This document shows positions 61,308-64,000 of a DNA stretch of 64,000 nt, in pieces (the first letter of the stretch is position 1; every line of letters begins with the position of its first letter). The DNA comes from Candidatus Bathyarchaeota archaeon. Lineage in GTDB: Archaea; Thermoproteota; Bathyarchaeia; Bathyarchaeales; Bathycorpusculaceae. Both the position numbers and the translations under genes were made by a program. A model generated the notes under the pieces. That model saw nothing but the letters and a program-made list of their open reading frames with translations. It did not search any database and was not told where the DNA came from. The stretch lies in the NCBI GenBank assembly GCA_963775685.1, contig CAVZJV010000014.1:1472001-1536000 (forward strand), read 5' to 3'.

Positions 61308-63173
61308 ACTTCGACTTAAAACTCACAAAAAAAGACATCATAACAATGGGTCTGTTAGCAATCGTTTTTTTCAGCATTGCAACTTGGAATGTTGGCGAAG
61401 TCAAGGCGCCACTCACAAGCTGGCAGAGTACCAGCCAGCAGATTTTCTATGTTGATTTAGGCACAAGTCAGATGGTGCAGACGGTTTATTTCTGGGTTCC
61501 AAGCGGCAACGCCACGGTCGATGTTTCTTATGGTGCGCCTGGAAACTGGACTTACTTTGGACACATTGAACATGGACTGCAAGAAAGAGCCACCGATTAC
61601 ATGGTCCAGCAAGATTTCTCTTTAAGTGTGAATACTCGGTATTTGGAGTTTAACGTCACAGCCCAAGATTATGATTCGAGACCGGACTTCTACTGGTCTG
61701 TCCCCAACCCCTCTGACCAAGCACCCTCACCCTTCATAGCGGTCTCGGAAATCGGCGTAGCAAACCCCAGCGACAAGCAAATCCCCATTGTCGGCGTAAC
61801 AGGGGAGAATAGTGCAGATGCAACTTTACCAAAACTGATAGATGAGCAAGGCTCACTTGAGATTCCTCCCACGTACATGTCAAAAATGTACTTTGACGAA
61901 GTTTATTTTGCCCGCTCCGCAATCGAATTCGCTAACCACCAAATACCTGACGAGAGAACTCATCCCGACCTAGGAAAACTAATCCAGGCAATTGGAGTAG
62001 CAGCTGTCGGGGTAACGCCGTTTGGCTGGCGTATAATGGGAGTAATATTTGGCACTTTGATAGTTGCGGTGATGTACCTGTTGGGCAAGAAACTGTTCGG
62101 AACTTGGATCGGAGGATTCTCTGCAGCTTTTCTAATGACTTTTGATTTTATGCATTTCACCATGGCACGCATAGGCACCGTAGACACTTATCTGATATTT
62201 TTCTCAGTGATTTCCCAATTGTTCTTCCTGATCTATTTCATGAAAGTCCTAAAAGTTGGTTGGAAGAAGACCTCTGTTTTGCCTTTGGTCTTAGCTGTGG
62301 TTTTCTTCTCGCTCGGGTTCTCAACAAAATTCGGGTTCCCGCTTTTTCCCGCTTTGGGCTTGCTCGCATTACTTGCCGCTGTTCGAATAAATGACCTCCT
62401 CAAACAAAAAGGCAACTTAGCCGACAAGTACATTGCCTTCTTTGACCACCCGTTCCTGCTGATATTAGCCTGCATCGGAGTTGTAGCCGTGATTTACTTT
62501 GTAAGCTACATCCCAGACATGCTCCTAGGCGACTCCTTCCCCTCGATTATTAACTTACAATTTTCCATGCTTAGCTTCCACGGAGGCTCGGTTGTGGACG
62601 CGTCTTCGTCTCCTTGGTGGTCTTGGCCCTTAATGCTGGGTACAGGCAACATAACAGTTCCAAGATGGTTTGACATAACCTACTTACCCAACAACGTGGT
62701 GTCCACAATTTCCGTTTTCGGTAATCCGTTGGTTTGGTGGGTTGGTTTTGCATTGATGCTTGTTCTTGCAGAGAAGGCGATTCATGGCAGAGCACTGGCA
62801 GCGAACCTTTGGGGGCGAATCTCCAAATCAACTATGGCAAACCGAGTAAGCATACGTGGAAACGGCTGGGATGTACAGGCAATATTCATAGTGGTCGTGT
62901 TCGCCTTCTCTTGGCTGCCATATGTTTTCATCGGAAGAGCAACATACATTTACCATTACTATCTAAGCGTACCCCTGATTTGTTTAGCAACAACCTACTT
63001 TATCAACAAGTACTGGAACACCAAACTGGGCAAAGTCAGCGGCTATCGCAATATTTGCTGGCTCAATAGCGTTATTTTTGCTCTTCTACCCAGTGATTTC
63101 GGGCGCACCAGTTTCAACCTCGTTTATTAACGATTATCTCAAGTGGTTCCCAAGTTGGGGGGCTTACGCGTAA
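61304..63173 (+). CDS. Protein O-mannosyltransferase (PMT/GT39-like), frameshift near 63038
   Basis: YFDEVYF, THPDLGK, PFGWR, ARIGTVD, SPWWSWP, GNPLVWW, YIYHY; family C-terminus LFYPVISG..YLKWFPSW is in the shifted frame ending 63173. Confidence 0.88.
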
Positions 63174-63201
63174 CTGCACCACCAGACAATATGGTTTTCA
63201 A

Positions 63202-63915
63202 GTCTCACTAGTGCTTCCCGCCTATAACGAAGTAGACTACCTATCATCAGCTGTGGAAAAAACTATTGTAGCCCTAAAAAATTTTGCCAACTCCTTCGAA
63301 ATTATCATCGCTGAAGACGGCAGCACAGACGGCACTGACGAATGCGCTCAAGAAATAGCTCAAAAAACGCCGGGTGTCAGGCATATCCACAGAGAAAAAC
63401 GGTTGGGAAGAGGAACCGCGCTAAACAACGCTTTTAAACATAGCAAAGGTGAAGTTCTGGTCTATATGGACTTGGACTTAGCCACTGACCTTAACTATCT
63501 TAAGCCTTTGATTGAAGCCATCACGGTTGAAGGCTACGATTTCTCAACAGGATCAAGGATGCTGCCCCAAAGTAAAGCCAAACGCTCCTTTAGCCGGAGT
63601 CTGAGTTCTAAAACTTACAATTTTCTGGTAAGACAAATGCTTGGCTCTAAACTTCGCGATCACCAATGCGGTTTTAAAGCCTTCAAACGAGAGCCACTTA
63701 TGGAATTGCTTGACCAAGTTGATGCGACACATTGGTTCTGGGACACTGAAATCGTGGTCCGAGCCTACTGTAAAGGCTTCAAGATAAAGGAGATTGCTGT
63801 GGAATGGAAAAGTGGAAGGGGCACAAAGGTTAATTTGTTTACAGACTCCCGCAATATGTTCCGACAGGTGTTAGTTCTCTGGTGGAAACTAAAAATAAAG
63901 AACCAGAAAAGTTAA
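63202..63915 (+). CDS. GT2 polyprenyl-phosphate glycosyltransferase (DPM1/ALG5-like)
   Basis: VSLVLPAYNE, EDGSTDGT, MDLDLATD, DHQCGFKAF, WDTE; start unclear (ATG 63191 is out of frame). Confidence 0.9.
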   Translation, partial: VSLVLPAYNEVDYLSSAVEKTIVALKNFANSFEIIIAEDGSTDGTDECAQEIAQKTPGVRHIHREKRLGRGTALNNAFKHSKGEVLVYMDLDLATDLNYLKPLIEAITVEGYDFSTGSRMLPQSKAKRSFSRSLSSKTYNFLVRQMLGSKLRDHQCGFKAFKREPLMELLDQVDATHWFWDTEIVVRAYCKGFKIKEIAVEWKSGRGTKVNLFTDSRNMFRQVLVLWWKLKIKNQKS

Positions 63916-64000
63916 CGTCTAGCCATTAACACAAACGCCCTTGCAACCAACGCTAAACCAAAGATTAGTATTATTCCAGCCCAGAAGACAAACCACTCGC

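Overview
Archaeal genomic window. Gene content (Alba, aRF1, aIF2-alpha, Ftr, many NosD/PQQ surface proteins, Zn-finger integrase) points to Candidatus Bathyarchaeia, which is an inference. Housekeeping genes occupy 1-11940. From ~12400 to 42724 lies a ~30 kb island anchored on tRNA-Leu(TAG). It has an intact tyrosine integrase next to the tRNA, two clear relic integrase C-termini (12404-12543, 14897-14956) and about seven degenerate att-like junctions that cut the island into tandem segments. Two segments are integrase-free single-gene cassettes (PQQ beta-propeller; NosD beta-helix) with shared ends. One carries a membrane-anchored Mrr-like/TIR fusion and one a HEPN + gp25-like pair. The youngest segment is a provirus-like element with a non-contractile tail module (tube, -1 frameshifted chaperone, 180-aa tape measure, tail tip) but no recognisable capsid, portal or terminase, plus ~10 kb of surface-protein cargo. 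Two recurrent palindromes (GTCAAG-N4-CTTGAC; TGTTC-N8-GAACA) sit at promoters of cargo genes. After a ~2300-aa frameshift-split surface protein gene, tRNA-Thr(GGT) anchors a second tandem array: an SSV1-type split-integrase element, a VapBC-only segment and an Ig-like surface protein segment, each closed by a progressively more decayed copy of the tRNA 3' half. The window ends in a glycosylation cluster (GT-C, PMT, GT2). All protein assignments come from motif recognition by eye; no database searches were run.
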